A DNA stretch of 64,000 nucleotides from Salpingoeca rosetta (Eukaryota > Protista > Choanoflagellata). Below the pieces are notes generated by a model. That model made no database searches and had not been told where the DNA came from. It saw only the letters and a program-made list of their open reading frames with translations. The stretch is from assembly GCA_033442325.1 (NCBI GenBank), contig JAWQFM010000001.1, positions 3,130,430-3,194,429 of the forward strand, written 5' to 3'. Shown piece after piece: positions 1 through 19,597 of this stretch; positions within the stretch are counted from its first letter, which is position 1; each line of letters starts with the position of its first letter. The translations under genes and the position numbers were made by a program.

Positions 1-675
1 CGATCACGAGGAGTGGGAGCTGGACAAGACGTGCATCATCACGTGCAGCTTCACGCCCGGCTCCGTGTCCCTCACGGCCTACAAGCTCACCGTGTCCGGA
101 TTTGAGTGGGGCAAGAACAACAAGGACAAGAGCGGCAACCCGGAGGGCTACTCGCCCCAGCACTACGAGAAGGTGCAGATGCTGCTGTCCGATCGCTTCT
201 ACGGCTTCTTCATGACGCCCGCGGAAGGCTCTTGGAACTACAACTTTGTTGGCGCCAAGCACAAGACCGCTATGCGCTATTCTCTCCAGCTCGCCAACCC
301 CAAGGTGTGTGGATATGTGTGTGTGTGTCTATCTGTGTGCGTGTGCGTGTCTATCTCTCTGTGTGTGTGTGTGTGTGTGTGTGTGTCTATCTGTGTGCGT
401 GTGTATGTCTGTATGTCTTGGTTTTGCTGCACATCCGTCATCCTCCTCCTCCTTTATCCCTTGCATACCGCACCTCTTCCCCGTGTCTGTCTCTCTGTCT
501 CTGTGTGTCTGCTTTCAACCCTGTCGCTCACTGCCCATGTGCGGTGTGCTGTCGTATGTGTGTGTTGCAGGAGTACTACCATGAGGTTCACCGTCCCAAC
601 CACTTCCAGTCGTTTGGCGCATTGGAAGAGAGTGCCGAGGAATATGCTGCGGATCGTGAGGACATGTTTGCCTGA
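1..675 (+). CDS. PRPF8: Pre-mRNA splicing factor Prp8, C-terminal end (Jab1/MPN-PROCT region); 5'-partial; exons <1-304 and 571-675
   Basis: Translation [16 protein letters not shown]...[17 protein letters not shown]...WNYNF...LANPK|[12 protein letters not shown]...DREDMFA* matches the conserved Prp8 C-terminus. GT-AG intron 305-570 keeps the frame. Confidence 0.97.
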
Positions 676-1307
676 GCATTTTCAAGGCACAAGTTCCTCC
701 CTCCTCCTCTCTTCTCCTCCCCTAACAACACCAGCCACGCGCACACGCACACGCATCACAGCCTACCGTCGTCTTTGTTTCTTCGCTGTGTTTTTGCTGT
801 GATGTGAAGCCCCATCATACGGCCGACTCATTCATCTCCATCCTCATTTGTTGACCCGCACCCAACAGCTGTTAGCACCTCTACGTGGTCAACCACCCAT
901 GTGTCTGTCTGTGTCTTTGTCCGTGGCATCGACGTGTCACATGTGTCACATCAGCTTTTCCCCCGTTCCATGCACGACATTGGCGTGTTGCTTTCACGTC
1001 ACCCCTTCTTGGTTCGTAAACACCGACATGAAAGTATCCACACTCAGGGAGCGCTCATCTCGCAGTCAAAGAGAGAGAGAGAGCAGCAGCAGCAGCAGCA
1101 GCATTGTCATCATCCTCTGTTTCTGATTGCTTGCTTGCAGGCACAAGGTTTATGAGCCGAGGTTAGGTTTTTCTGTGTGTGTGGGGGGGGGGGAGTGTGT
1201 GTGAAGAGGAGGACTGTTGACACAAGGTACGTTGTGATGACACGAAACACTCGATTGGAAGGAAACAACGCAAGGAAACGACACGCCCCAGGCTAGCGCT
1301 AACGCCG

Positions 1308-3161
1308 TCACATGACGCTGCTGCTGGAGGCTGGGACGGGCGTGGTTGTGGTGGTTGTGGTAGAGGTTGTCGTGGAGGTCGTCGTGGTTGTGGTTGTGGT
1401 GTAGTCGAGGTAGAGGACGCGGTCCAGGGCGTGGATGAGGCCGTGTTGAAACTCAATGTCCTCTGCCACAATGTCTGCGCCGTTGACAGAGAGCACGCCG
1501 CCAATGTTCCTGACAAGCAGGTTGGGTTCGCTGGAAACCAGTGACGTGTACACGTGCGGGGCGACGTGGCGCAGTGTGGCTGCTGTGTGCCGGCGAGGGA
1601 GCATGTGGTACAAGATGAAGCGGCGCTGCTCCAGCGGGCTGCTCTGCAGCTCTGCAAGCACCGCTGGCGGCACCTTGGCAAAGGCTTCGTCTGTGGGAAT
1701 GAAGAACGTAAACTGCTGCCCAAGGTTGCTCAGGGTCGGCTCCAAGAAGGAGGAATCAATCAGGGACGCAAACATGCTGAAGCGACTGTCACTGTTCACA
1801 AAGGACACCAGGTTTGGCAGTGTCATTGTGGATGTGCTCGACGTTGTGGACGTCGTTGTCGTCGTTGTTGTAGTCGTGGTTGTAGTCGTGGTTGTAGTCG
1901 TAGTCGTGGTTGTGGTTGTAGTCGTAGTCGTGGTTGTGGTGGTAGTTGTAGTCGTGGTTGCAGTCGTGGTTGTGGTGGTTGTCGTTGAACCGGGCAGTGT
2001 TGTAGTTGTGGTTGAGGTTGTGGTCGTCGTTGTCGATGTGGTGGTGGTCGTGGTGCTCGTGGTGGTCGTGGTGGTGAGAAGCTCGGTGAGTAGGACGGCG
2101 TCAATCTCGTGCACAATGCCGTTGGAGGCGACAAAGTTGCCATCAACCAATTGCGCGCCGTTGATGTAGATGAGGTTGAGGTTCACGACCACAGAGAGAA
2201 ACGACTGCCCATTCAGCGTTGGCAGCACCGCGCCGTTACTGACAAACAGCCCGTATACCGTGTATCGATTAGTTGCAGCGTGGCCCAGCAGCATGGTTGC
2301 CAGACGGCTGCCCAGCAGGGATGGGTTTGCCAGCTCCGCTGGGGAAAACGCGTCCTCGAACGCGTCATTGTCTGGTGCGAAGAACGTAATGTGTGGTGTT
2401 GTTTGCAGTGCCGCTTCTAAGCCTGCGGCCTGCACAGCTTGCAGCAGGTACGAGAACTGCGGCTTTGTTTGGATGATGTCGTACACTGTTGGTGTCCCGA
2501 AAGTTGTGGTTGTAGTGGTTGTAGTTGTGGTGGTTGTGGTGGTTGTGGTTGTAGTTGTGGTGGTTGTGGTGGTTGTGGATGTAGTGGTGGTTGTGGTTGT
2601 GGTTGCTGTAGTGGTTGGGGTTGTTGTGGTGGTTGTGGTGGTGGTTGATGTAGTTGTGGATGTGGTTGATGTGGTGGTGGTCGTTGTTGCACTTGTAGAT
2701 CTGCTTGTGGTGGGGAACAAACGGCGCAGGCTGAGGGAGACGGTGGCAGTGGTGATGCCGCCGGGCGTGCCCAGGTCCGAGAGGAGATAGCAGCGCACGT
2801 CGCCGTTTGGGACGTGCCAGTAAAAGATGCCGAGACACTCGGAATCAAGCTCGCACGCGGCAATGCATGGCGTGAGGGAAGTGACGCCGTTGATGACGGC
2901 GATGGTGGCGGAGGAGGAGAACGCGGTTGTGTACCGCCGCGGGTCTGTCACGCCAGGCAGGGCGCCAAAGTGGTCGACCACAAAGTTGGATCCAGCCGCA
3001 CCGATTTCCTCCAGAGAGTATGCGGTCACTTCGCGGCGGTGCCGAGCAGCAATGGGCCTGGCTTGTGCAAGCGGTGTCATCACAACCAGCACCACTGCCA
3101 GCAGCAACGGAAACAAGCAGCAGCAGCGTGTATTGAAGGACGCCATCATCGTCATCGTCAT
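1308..3161 (-). CDS. Secreted protein: signal peptide, PAN/Apple-like Cys domain, two fasciclin (FAS1) domains, three Thr-rich mucin tracts
   Basis: Single 617-aa ORF. Hydrophobic N-terminus LFPLLLAVVLVVMTPLAQA; CIAACELDSECLGIFY...CYLL; FAS1 motifs TFFAPDNDAF...ASNGIVHEIDAVL and FTFFIPTDEAF...HGLIHALDRVL; poly-Thr runs. Start Met uncertain among several. Confidence 0.88.
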   Translation of the reverse strand: MTMTMMASFNTRCCCLFPLLLAVVLVVMTPLAQARPIAARHRREVTAYSLEEIGAAGSNFVVDHFGALPGVTDPRRYTTAFSSSATIAVINGVTSLTPCIAACELDSECLGIFYWHVPNGDVRCYLLSDLGTPGGITTATVSLSLRRLFPTTSRSTSATTTTTTSTTSTTTSTTTTTTTTTPTTTATTTTTTTTSTTTTTTTTTTTTTTTTTTTTTTTTTFGTPTVYDIIQTKPQFSYLLQAVQAAGLEAALQTTPHITFFAPDNDAFEDAFSPAELANPSLLGSRLATMLLGHAATNRYTVYGLFVSNGAVLPTLNGQSFLSVVVNLNLIYINGAQLVDGNFVASNGIVHEIDAVLLTELLTTTTTTSTTTTTTSTTTTTTSTTTTTLPGSTTTTTTTTATTTTTTTTTTTTTTTTTTTTTTTTTTTTTTTTTTTTSTTSSTSTMTLPNLVSFVNSDSRFSMFASLIDSSFLEPTLSNLGQQFTFFIPTDEAFAKVPPAVLAELQSSPLEQRRFILYHMLPRRHTAATLRHVAPHVYTSLVSSEPNLLVRNIGGVLSVNGADIVAEDIEFQHGLIHALDRVLYLDYTTTTTTTTSTTTSTTTTTTTPVPASSSSVM

Positions 3162-3337
3162 CCTTCACGATCACGCGTCTCAACCTGCCATGATTGGGTT
3201 TGGAAGCGATGCCATGGTGAGCATGTGTATGCGGGAGTGTAAGTGTGTGAGAATGAATGGGTGTGAATGTGTGCGTGTGGCGAGGGTGTGAACGTGTGCG
3301 TGTGGCGAGGGTGAATGCACGTGGCTGCGTTTCGAGC

Positions 3338-3432
3338 CAAACATCCACCCCCAAACATCTCCACCCCAAACATCCACCCCCAAACATCCACCCGACAAAC
3401 ATCCACCCGACAAACAACCACCCCAAACACCC
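3338..3432. repeat. Imperfect ~14-15 bp tandem repeat (aaacatccacccc[c/ga]c), about 6 copies
   Basis: Directly visible upstream of the FAS1 gene. Confidence 0.8.
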
Positions 3433-4023
3433 CTCCTCCCGCCCAAGAAGAACGAACGAATCCAATGGCATTTCAAGTCGTACGCGCCTGCGCCTCCTTC
3501 CCCAACCACCGCTGTTGCCTGGAGACCTTGTTCGGGGGGTGAGCACGGAGATGAGAGAGGGTGCCAAGTCACCGGTGTGTGGGTTGCTGGGGTGATGTGC
3601 GGATATGCGGGGGACGTGGCACGGGTAAAAGCGGTGTTGCTGGGCGATGCTTCACGTGCGGTGGATATGGATAAAATGGCACAGCAACCACTCACGCCAC
3701 ACACCAACAACAAGCAAGAAGCAAGCGTCCAGCGCCGTTGCTTATGGCTGCTGATGCTGATGATGCAGAGCTCGGTGCAGAAGCAAACACGCATGCAGAT
3801 GTCAAAGCAACTAACTTTGAGTTGGCGAAGCAACAGCAAACACAATGCAAGACACGCATGATGATGATGGCTTCTTGTGGTGGGTGGGCTGTTGCTGGGC
3901 AGTGGGCAGCAAGGACTCGACTCGACGTCACGGTGTCGTCACGACATGTCACAACGCATCGCTTGCTCTGACAAGAAGTGATCAGTGAGACAGCGCCTTC
4001 TTCGTTACCACCATATCGCAAAA

Positions 4024-4089
4024 CTGATGTCAGTTGCTCATCTGACATCAGACGATAAAGCTGAAATCAGACGATAAAGCTGAAATCAG
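4024..4089. promoter_or_regulatory. 10-bp inverted repeat plus 19-bp tandem duplication in the divergent intergenic region
   Basis: ctgatgtcag (4024-4033) and ctgacatcag (4042-4051) are reverse complements; atcagacgataaagctgaa occurs twice from 4047. The regulatory role is inferred only. Confidence 0.35.
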
Positions 4090-4134
4090 TGGTGGCCTGA
4101 AATTCAACCCATTTCAAAACTGACTGTGACAACC

Positions 4135-7100
4135 ATGGAAGACGACAACAACTGCAGCAGTGAAGGTGGTGGCGGCAGTCGTCGCCACAGTGGCGGCAGT
4201 CGTGATGATGGTGGCGGTCGACACGAGATCCAGCAGCAGCAGGAGGAGCAAGAGAACCATGGTCACACTGCTCGACACGGTGAGGCGCAGCAACGGCATG
4301 ATCAGCAAGAGAACCACGGTCACACTGCTCGACACGAGGAGATACAGCACCAGCCACATCAACAACCACAACCACAACCACAACTACAGCCACATCAACA
4401 ACCACAACCACAACCACAACCACATCAACAGCTGCAGCAAGAGGTGGAACGGTTGCAGCAGCGATTAAAGGCGCAGAGAGAGGCGTACGAAAAACAATTT
4501 GAAGACCTGGAACATGCGCACGAACAAGAGCTGCAGGACATGGAAGCCAGGTACCGCCACCAGCTACAACGCCACATCGACGCATTCAAGGAAACAGTGC
4601 TCTTCCACCAGCAACACCACGGCGGGCACCTCCACATGGATGGCGACACAGCAGCAGCAACAACTACAACGACAACAACCGCCGACCTCATGACCAGCCT
4701 GCTGCAGGATGTGATGGACACCACAGCGTCAATGGACCCTGCCTCATCCCCAAGAAGCAAAGCCAGCAACACCAGCAGGCTCTTGTCGTCCGCCGTCCGC
4801 ACCGCAAATGGCGACGATGCCACACATCATGATTTCGGGGACAATGGCACCGATCGACACAGCCTGCAGCGCGAGATGGATGCCATGCAGGCACGCCACG
4901 CTGCAGACATGGAACAGCTCGAGGCTGCCATGGAGCGCCAGAAGCGGCAACACCAGCAGCTCCTCGCCGACGAGACTGCCCGCGCAGACACGCTGCAGGC
5001 CGAGGTGGACGCCCTCAACCAGCGCATCGACCTCCTCGACTCCGCCCTCGCCGCAAAGCAGGACGTGCTCGACAGCGTGCGGGCCGGCTACGAGCGCGAC
5101 GCGCACTTGCGTGAGCAGGCCATGCAGCAGCTGGAGGCCCAGCTTCAAGACCTGGCCAGGGAGCAGAAGTCCTCCACCTCCACCCGCACCGCTGAGCTGC
5201 AGCGGGCCCTCGACGACAAGGCCGCCCTCCACGCAGACCTTGCCCGCGCAAAAACCCGCGTCGCCCAGCTCCAGCGCATGCTCAAGCAGCTGCAGCTGCC
5301 ACATGCATCCGACACCTTCGCAGCAACCGCAACCACGCCAGCTGCCACCCAACACTTGAACAACACCACCCTTGGGTTTGACGAGCAAGGGCGTTCCTCA
5401 ACAATGATGCCAGTGCAGTCGACAGCAAACCTCTCCTCCTCCTCCTCGTTCATGGCAGCGACGGCACGCCACGACAGCACACAGCAGCAAGCCCAGCACG
5501 ATCCGCTCTCCCAGACGCTGCCTGCGTCCCTGTCCATGAAACCAGACGGCCCCGCAGCCGCAGCCTTTGCGCGGTCCACCGAGTACACCGTGCGCGCCCT
5601 GCTCCACAACCGCACGCAACTGCAGGAAGAGATTGCGCGGCTGAAGCAGGAGCTCACGCAGGTCCGCGCCAGCAAGATCAAGCTTGTCGAGGACTTGACC
5701 AAGGACAGGGAAGAGCTCAAGCAGCGGCATGCGCAACACGTCACAGAAGTGCAGTCCGCCCTGGACTCCAACGCCACGCAGTTGACAGGTGCACACTCTA
5801 CCCTTGCCGCCCTCGAGGAAGCCCTTGACCGCCAGTACAACGCGCTCATGGCTGAGCAAGCGGCAGCGCGAGCAACAGCGACAAGAACAGCACCAACGCC
5901 GCCGTACAGCCATCACTCTGGTGGCAACGCCAGTGCCACCAACTCCAACCCCAGCATAGGGTCTTACTCATCCGCTTCCGCCGCAATGGCCGCAGCAGCA
6001 GCAGCAGCAGCAGATGGCGTGCGCCCCTCCACAATGGTGCTCTTGCAGTCACGCGCACTCCCTCCCGCGCATGTGCTGGCCTCGGCCTACGCTTCCACGT
6101 CCACTTCCACCTCCACCACTGCCTCGTTGTCGTCGTCAGCGTCGGTGCCGCAGCAGCACCTCATGGCCGTGCTCAACGCCTTTGGCAAGGTGCGCACGGC
6201 GCTCGACAACATCTCCGTGGAGTTTGCGCAGCTGTCGCGCAAGCACGAGATGGCCCAGCAGGAGCTGATAGCGCTGCGCTCGCAGGTCGCCGCCTCCCAA
6301 ACGCGCTGCCATGACCTGAGCACGCAGGAGCAGGAAACCAAGGGCGCCATGGACGCCCTGCGTGCACAGTGCGCAACGCTGCAGTCGCAAAAGGAGTCAC
6401 TCGAACGGCACAACGCGGACATGACGCGGCACCTGCAGGCTGCCCAGCGCCGGGCGGGAGAGCTCGAGGCGGAGGCTGATCGCGCCGCCTCGGAGGCGCA
6501 GTCACGTCTGCAGCGCAGCGAGGACGACGCGAAGCAGCGCGTGGCCGGCGTACAGCAGCAGGTGAAGGCGTTTAAGGCCGAGCTGCAGTCTGCGCTGGGG
6601 GTGAAGACGGCGGTGGAGTCACAGCTGGGCGAGGCGCTCCGCGACAACATGAAGCTGCGGGAGGAGACTGAGCGCCTGGCAAAGACGGCGACGGAGCAGG
6701 AAGCAACGGCCAGGCGCTTGCAGGAACGACACGACTTCTCGCTGGAGAGGGCAAAGAAGCTGGAGCAGGAACTTGCCTCCACCAAGACGGCCAAGGAGCA
6801 TGCCGAGCAGCAGCTGCACGCGCTGCAGGCAGAGGCAGATGCGCTGCGATCACGCGCACAGGAGACGGACAGGGCCGTGCAAACGGCGAACGCGGAGCAG
6901 GCCGCGTTGCAGCAGCAGGCGGCAAAGCTGCGAGGCAAAGTGGCGGTGCTGAAGCAGAAGAACGAGGCACTGAGCGACGCGGAGACGCAACTGCAGGCTG
7001 CACTGGTGGCACGGGATGCCGCGCACAGCGAAATCGCACAGCTGCGGCGGCAAATTGCGGACACCCACGCGCGGAAGGAGCAAGCAGAGGAGGAGGCGCA

Positions 7101-7741
7101 GCGGACAGCACACGCCAACAGGGCGGTGGTGGACGACCTCACACGGCAGCTGCAGGTGGCGCGCACGCGAGCGAGAAACGCAGAGGAGGCGGTGTCAGCG
7201 CTGGCAGAGAAGGCGCAGCACTTTGAGACGCGGGCCGTACATGCGGAGAGGGATGCACGCGCAGCGCGCGACGAATCGGAACACGCGTCCACCCAGCTGC
7301 ACGATCTGCAACAGCAGCTGTCGTCCAAGGAGCGGGAGGCGGCGAAGCTGAAACGCGAGTACGCAGAGCTGCAGTACCGAGTGGACAGACTGTATGCCAG
7401 CAACCAGCAGCTGCTGCGCGATCGCCGGACGCAGCACGCCAGGCTCCTGGACAAGATGAAACGCCACTTTGCTTCGCAGATGACGTCTCTGTCCACGCTG
7501 GGCAAGTATGGCAGCGGCCGCGCGACGCCAGCGGGGACGCAAGTGACAGCACAACTGGACAAGTCAGCGGGCACTGCTGTGCCCTTGCACGCACACGCCA
7601 TGACGGAACGTGAAGCAACAGCAACCTCGACAACACCGGCGACAAATACAGCAACGGCAAGGGGGCAAGCGGTGCAGTTTTCGGCAGAAGTGGCTGCTCC
7701 CCACGACCATCATCACGACAACCAGCAAGAGCTGCTGCATC

Positions 7742-7772
<31 letters not shown>

Positions 7773-7971
7773 CCAACGCCAACACCAAGAACAAGAAGGA
7801 CCGGAAGAGCAAGAGCAACAAGGATGGCACGTGGGGCAACAAGATGCTGGTGATGGTACACACGAAGAGGTGGCAACCGCACGTGTGGACGTGAGCCAGG
7901 ATGAGGAGGACTCGGATGAGAGTTTGCGCAGTGATGCTGATGAAGATGTGCAGCACTTGCTCATGGAATGA
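4135..7971 (+). CDS. Large coiled-coil protein (~1278 aa), function unknown
   Basis: Uninterrupted ORF with first ATG at 4135; long E/Q/A/R/L heptad-rich segments, Q/H-rich termini, strong coding-like codon use. Confidence 0.85.
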
Positions 7972-7982
7972 CAAGACATGAA

Positions 7983-8147
<165 letters not shown>

Positions 8148-8513
8148 ATGTCGAGTAGATTTGGGAGGGGGAGGGTGTAAATGACTCCTGCAACCGTGGA
8201 AGATGTGTGCGTGTGTGTGTACGTGAAATTATGACAGTGATTGGTCACAAAGCAAAGCTGGATATGGCCCATGAAGGAGCGAGGAGGCAACATGTGCGTT
8301 GGTGTTCATGAGGGAGGCGCAATGATTCGTTTAATGACACATGCACAAGGACAGCTGAAGAAAATGACCAAAGGAACAAGAGACATGACAAAGAAGGGGG
8401 GGGGTACTTGGTTGTTGACTACTCACACGCAAAAGCCCACGACTGAAACACAAAACAGGACAAAAAGTTCTGGTCACACACGCAAACAACCACAATCCAC
8501 TCCAATTGCCGGT

Positions 8514-8561
<48 letters not shown>

Positions 8562-8635
8562 GCACACACACATTGACACGTCCATTTTCTCGCACACTCA
8601 CTAGCACTAACACTGACACGCACTGCCTCTCACTA

Positions 8636-15578
<6,943 letters not shown>

Positions 15579-15642
15579 GCTCCTTCCTTCTTCTGCTCCT
15601 TGCGTGCTGAGTTGCTTGTTGGTGTGGCGATTTTTTTTGTTG

Positions 15643-15727
<85 letters not shown>

Positions 15728-16122
15728 GTACGTGTGTGTGTTGTACGTTCCCTCCTCCTCTCCCTGCACCTCTCCTCCTTCACCATCTCCTCTTCCCTTA
15801 CTTCCCTGGCTTCCCTCTGCCATCTTGCTTGCTTTGGCTTATTGCACATTGCACAAAAACGCCACACACACAACCACACACACTCACACACAAAAGAGAG
15901 ACAACCACTCACCAGCTACCCATACACAAACCCACCACGCAAGCCAACAGCAACGGCACCAACTGAAAGACACTCAACTCAAACTTTCACTTCGAGAGCA
16001 AGCAACCAACCCTCTCACACAACCAAACATTTAAACCTCACCCCTTTGCCCTTCAACCCATCTTCAGACACACACGCACACTTCGCACAAACACGCACGC
16101 CTACTACTGCTTCCCTCCTCGC

Positions 16123-18396
16123 TCAGTCCCTTGCATCGTCGTACTCATCGTCACTGCTGTTCCCCTCTGCGCCCTCCTCGCCATTCTCCCCATCGTCGTA
16201 CTCATCGTCGTCGTCGTCGTCAAAGTTGTGTGCGCCGGGCAGCGGCACCTTCATCACCTGCGCCTCCAGCTCCGCAAAGTGCCCGCGCGCAAGCTGCAGA
16301 TTCGCCTGCACCATCTCAACCTCTGTCCTCATCGTGGTTGGAGAGAGGGGGGGGGGGGGGGGGGAACGAAAACAGGGATGACAACCAAACAGAGCGAAAC
16401 AATGCTTTGTGAGAAGGGTGTAAGTAGGGATGGTCATCCAACAAACAAACATCCAAACGCAAATACATCCACACGCGCACGCATGATGCTTCTACTTCAA
16501 CAGGCCCCTCTTATCCACTCACACTCACACACACACACGCCACTTCCGCTTCAACATGCCTCTTATGTCACCTCCCCTCCCCACCAACCCCCCCCCTCTC
16601 TCTCTCCCCAAAACAGCAGCGGACCGTCTGGGCGGTCGTGGATGATGAGGGCGACGGTGCTCGTCGTGAACGGCCACAGAAACGCAGAAAACTCGGAATT
16701 GCAAATCTGCATCTCCCGGAACGACGTCTGCATTTTCCTGCATGTATGCATGCAGTGTATGTTGTGTTGTGTTGTGTTTGTGGTGTGCATTGTGTGCGTG
16801 TGTGTGCATTGTGCGTGTGTGTGTGTGTGTGTTGGCATCACAACAAGCAATAAAATTCACACACACGCAGGCAAACACACACACACACCAAACGCGCACC
16901 ATAGAGCACGGCCACTTACAAGCAGGTGATCTTGAAGTGCTTGAGGATGGTGCTCACGCGCTCAAACCTGTGAATTGCCACACAGACACGCGTGCGCACA
17001 CATGAAACGTGTCCACCCGATGAGCTGAGACGAGGGAGAGAGAGAGAAAGATCCAATGTGCCATTGCACCGACGAATACACAAGCACACATAGACACATG
17101 TGCACACACAAATACATACACATACCCATGCACCACGCCACCACCACACACCACCACCGCCACCATCCCCTGTGTGACACCACGAGCACGCATGAGGCAT
17201 GGCGGTGTGGCGTGCGCACCGCTGCTGGTCCTCGGCGGGATCCGCCTCGCGGGATTCGCGCACGAGCGTCAGGAACGTCCGGCTCTCAAACAGCACAACC
17301 TGGCGATCATGGCGGGGAGCATGGGCGGAGTGTGAGCACTGTCGACACACGCAGGAGATGCAACAAAGCACACAGGCTGCAACAAAGCAAACACACACAC
17401 ACGCACACTCACTCTGGTTGCTCGCTCACTGCACAAAACTCACTCACTCACACGCACGCACTCACACGCACGCACACTCACTCACTCACTCACACGCACG
17501 CACACTCACTCACTCACTCGCACGCACGCACGCACACTCACTCACTCACACGCACGCACACACACTTACTCACTCACACACACACACACACACACATACA
17601 CACCACCACCACCACCACCACCACCACCACCACCACCACCACCACCACCACCACCACCAGAAGCGGCACGAACCTCGCGTGCGCCGATGGCGTGGATGAG
17701 CGAGTTGAGGCTCTCCCGATACACCTCGACGCCCGGCAGGAGGTACGTGCAGATGCGGGACCACGCCTGGTACAGCGACTCGTCCCAGATGCTCGACTGG
17801 AAGCACGTCAGCTCGTGGTCGCCCGCAAGCTCCTGCAGCATGTCCACCGTGCCCCGCACAACCTGCGCCCAGCCGTCGACACGGACATGCACGGTGAGCC
17901 GGTGAGACGTAAGGAGTGGTGGGTGGTGGATGGTCGTGGTGGTGGGTGGGGGTGGATGGTGTGTGACGGCGGTTGCCACAAGTTGCGCGGTATTGTTGCA
18001 CTTGAGCCGTGTGCTGACATCATAACGCTGTCTGCCTGCCTTTTTTTTTTTTTTTTGTTGTGCTCACGTGCGTGGCTGTGCGATGCTTGTTGAACGCGCA
18101 GCAGATAGATGAGCGCAGCTGTGCAAGTTGGAGCAATGAAGCAAGGAAGCAAGGAAGCAAGGACGTACGTTCGGCTGCTCAAAGTTTGAGACGAGATCCA
18201 TCTTGTGCAGGAGCACAAACGTCTTTGCACTTGGCGAGTGCTGTCATGCACATGCAGACACATGCAGACACATGCAGACACATGCAGACACATGCAGACA
18301 CATGCAGACACATGCAGACACGGGTTGAAATGTCAGGATGAAAGTAACCAGCACTTGCAAGCTGCAAATACTTGCAGCCCACAACCAGTCACACGT

Positions 18397-18463
<67 letters not shown>

Positions 18464-18895
18464 CGCACCTGTTTGAGGGATTTGATGCACATTTCAAACC
18501 ACGTCCTGTCCTCCTCCTCGCTCTTCTTGTCCGTGGAAATCGCTTTGGCATCAACGACGTAGATCAGTACCTGTCAAAGTGAAGCGTGTGCACCAACACC
18601 ACGTACGCACCGTGTCGATGAGTGCTGTGGGCTGAACAGAGCCAGGAACACACGCTGTCCAACACAGCGCAAGCACACAAATCTCACGCAGCACAAACAG
18701 GTCGACACATGACACAAAGCAAGCACGCAGTAGCAACATGCACACTGCACATACCGCCACGTTGCGGAAGATTTGCTCATTCTGTGAGCTGAAGTACTGG
18801 TTCATGAATGCGCTCTGACTGCAGATGTGCAAAGGAACAATGACACACGGTGAGTCGAGCAGCGATGATGTGATGGTCACAAAACACGTAGACCC

Positions 18896-18953
<58 letters not shown>

Positions 18954-19154
18954 AACACACACACACACACACACACCCGCCACAATCCCAGAGGTTGAGG
19001 TACAGGTTGCCCATGAACTCCAAGTGGACCTGCTCTGCTTCCTCTGCATGTGCGTGGTCACAACGACGGAACGGTGAGCTGCTGCACAATGACATGCGCG
19101 CGAAAAAAAAAAAATCCCTCCGCACAGCCACACAACACACACACACACACACAC

Positions 19155-19217
<63 letters not shown>

Positions 19218-19597
19218 CACAACACACAGAGGTGTTCGTACTTGTGGGTGTCATCTTCCGCACGCCCACGTTGGGGTTGTCGGCGAAGATGATGGTGCGC
19301 ATGGACGTCTTGCCGGAACCGCTCCGGCCCATAAGAAGCACCTGTGCACGCCATGCGCAAGAAGCAAGAAAGGAAAGGCGAGAGGCGATCGGCGTCAAGT
19401 ACGTGAGAAGGAGGCCCTTCGTGTGATGAAAGCAAAGTGATTTCAAACAGCAAGCTGAGACAAACTTGACGTTCCGCCAAAGCAACAGCAAGCACGTGAC
19501 ACAGTGTGGTTGACACGCAGTGAGTGCAGCACGGCGCCATCTTGTACAGACGACACCACACCTTGTGCTTCGTCTTGTCGATCTTCGCTGAGCTCAT
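16123..19597 (-). CDS. RRAGA: Rag GTPase, RagA/B (Gtr1) subfamily, multi-exon, acidic C-terminal tail
   Basis: K|VLLMGRSGSGKTSMRTIIF, NLYLNLWDCGG|Q, IFRNVA|VLIYV, LLHKMDLV, SSIWDESLYQAWSRI, VVLFESRTFL, RFERVSTILKHFK are diagnostic RagA/Gtr1 motifs. Confidence 0.93.
18251..18320. repeat. Perfect 10-bp tandem repeat (catgcagaca)x7 in a RagA intron
   Basis: Directly visible. Confidence 0.95.

Noticed and set aside
1-675. PRP8 intein
   Set aside because: Only the extreme C-terminus is present, it is colinear with normal Prp8, and the interruption is an ordinary GT-AG intron.
1456-2790. Antisense poly-Val ORFs opposite the FAS1 gene, and similar shadow ORFs opposite other GC-rich exons
   Set aside because: Reverse-complement shadows of poly-Thr or GC3-rich coding sequence.
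18251-18320. Regular repeats as a possible CRISPR array (also 3338-3432, 51811-51863)
   Set aside because: No unique spacers, eukaryotic non-coding context, no cas genes.
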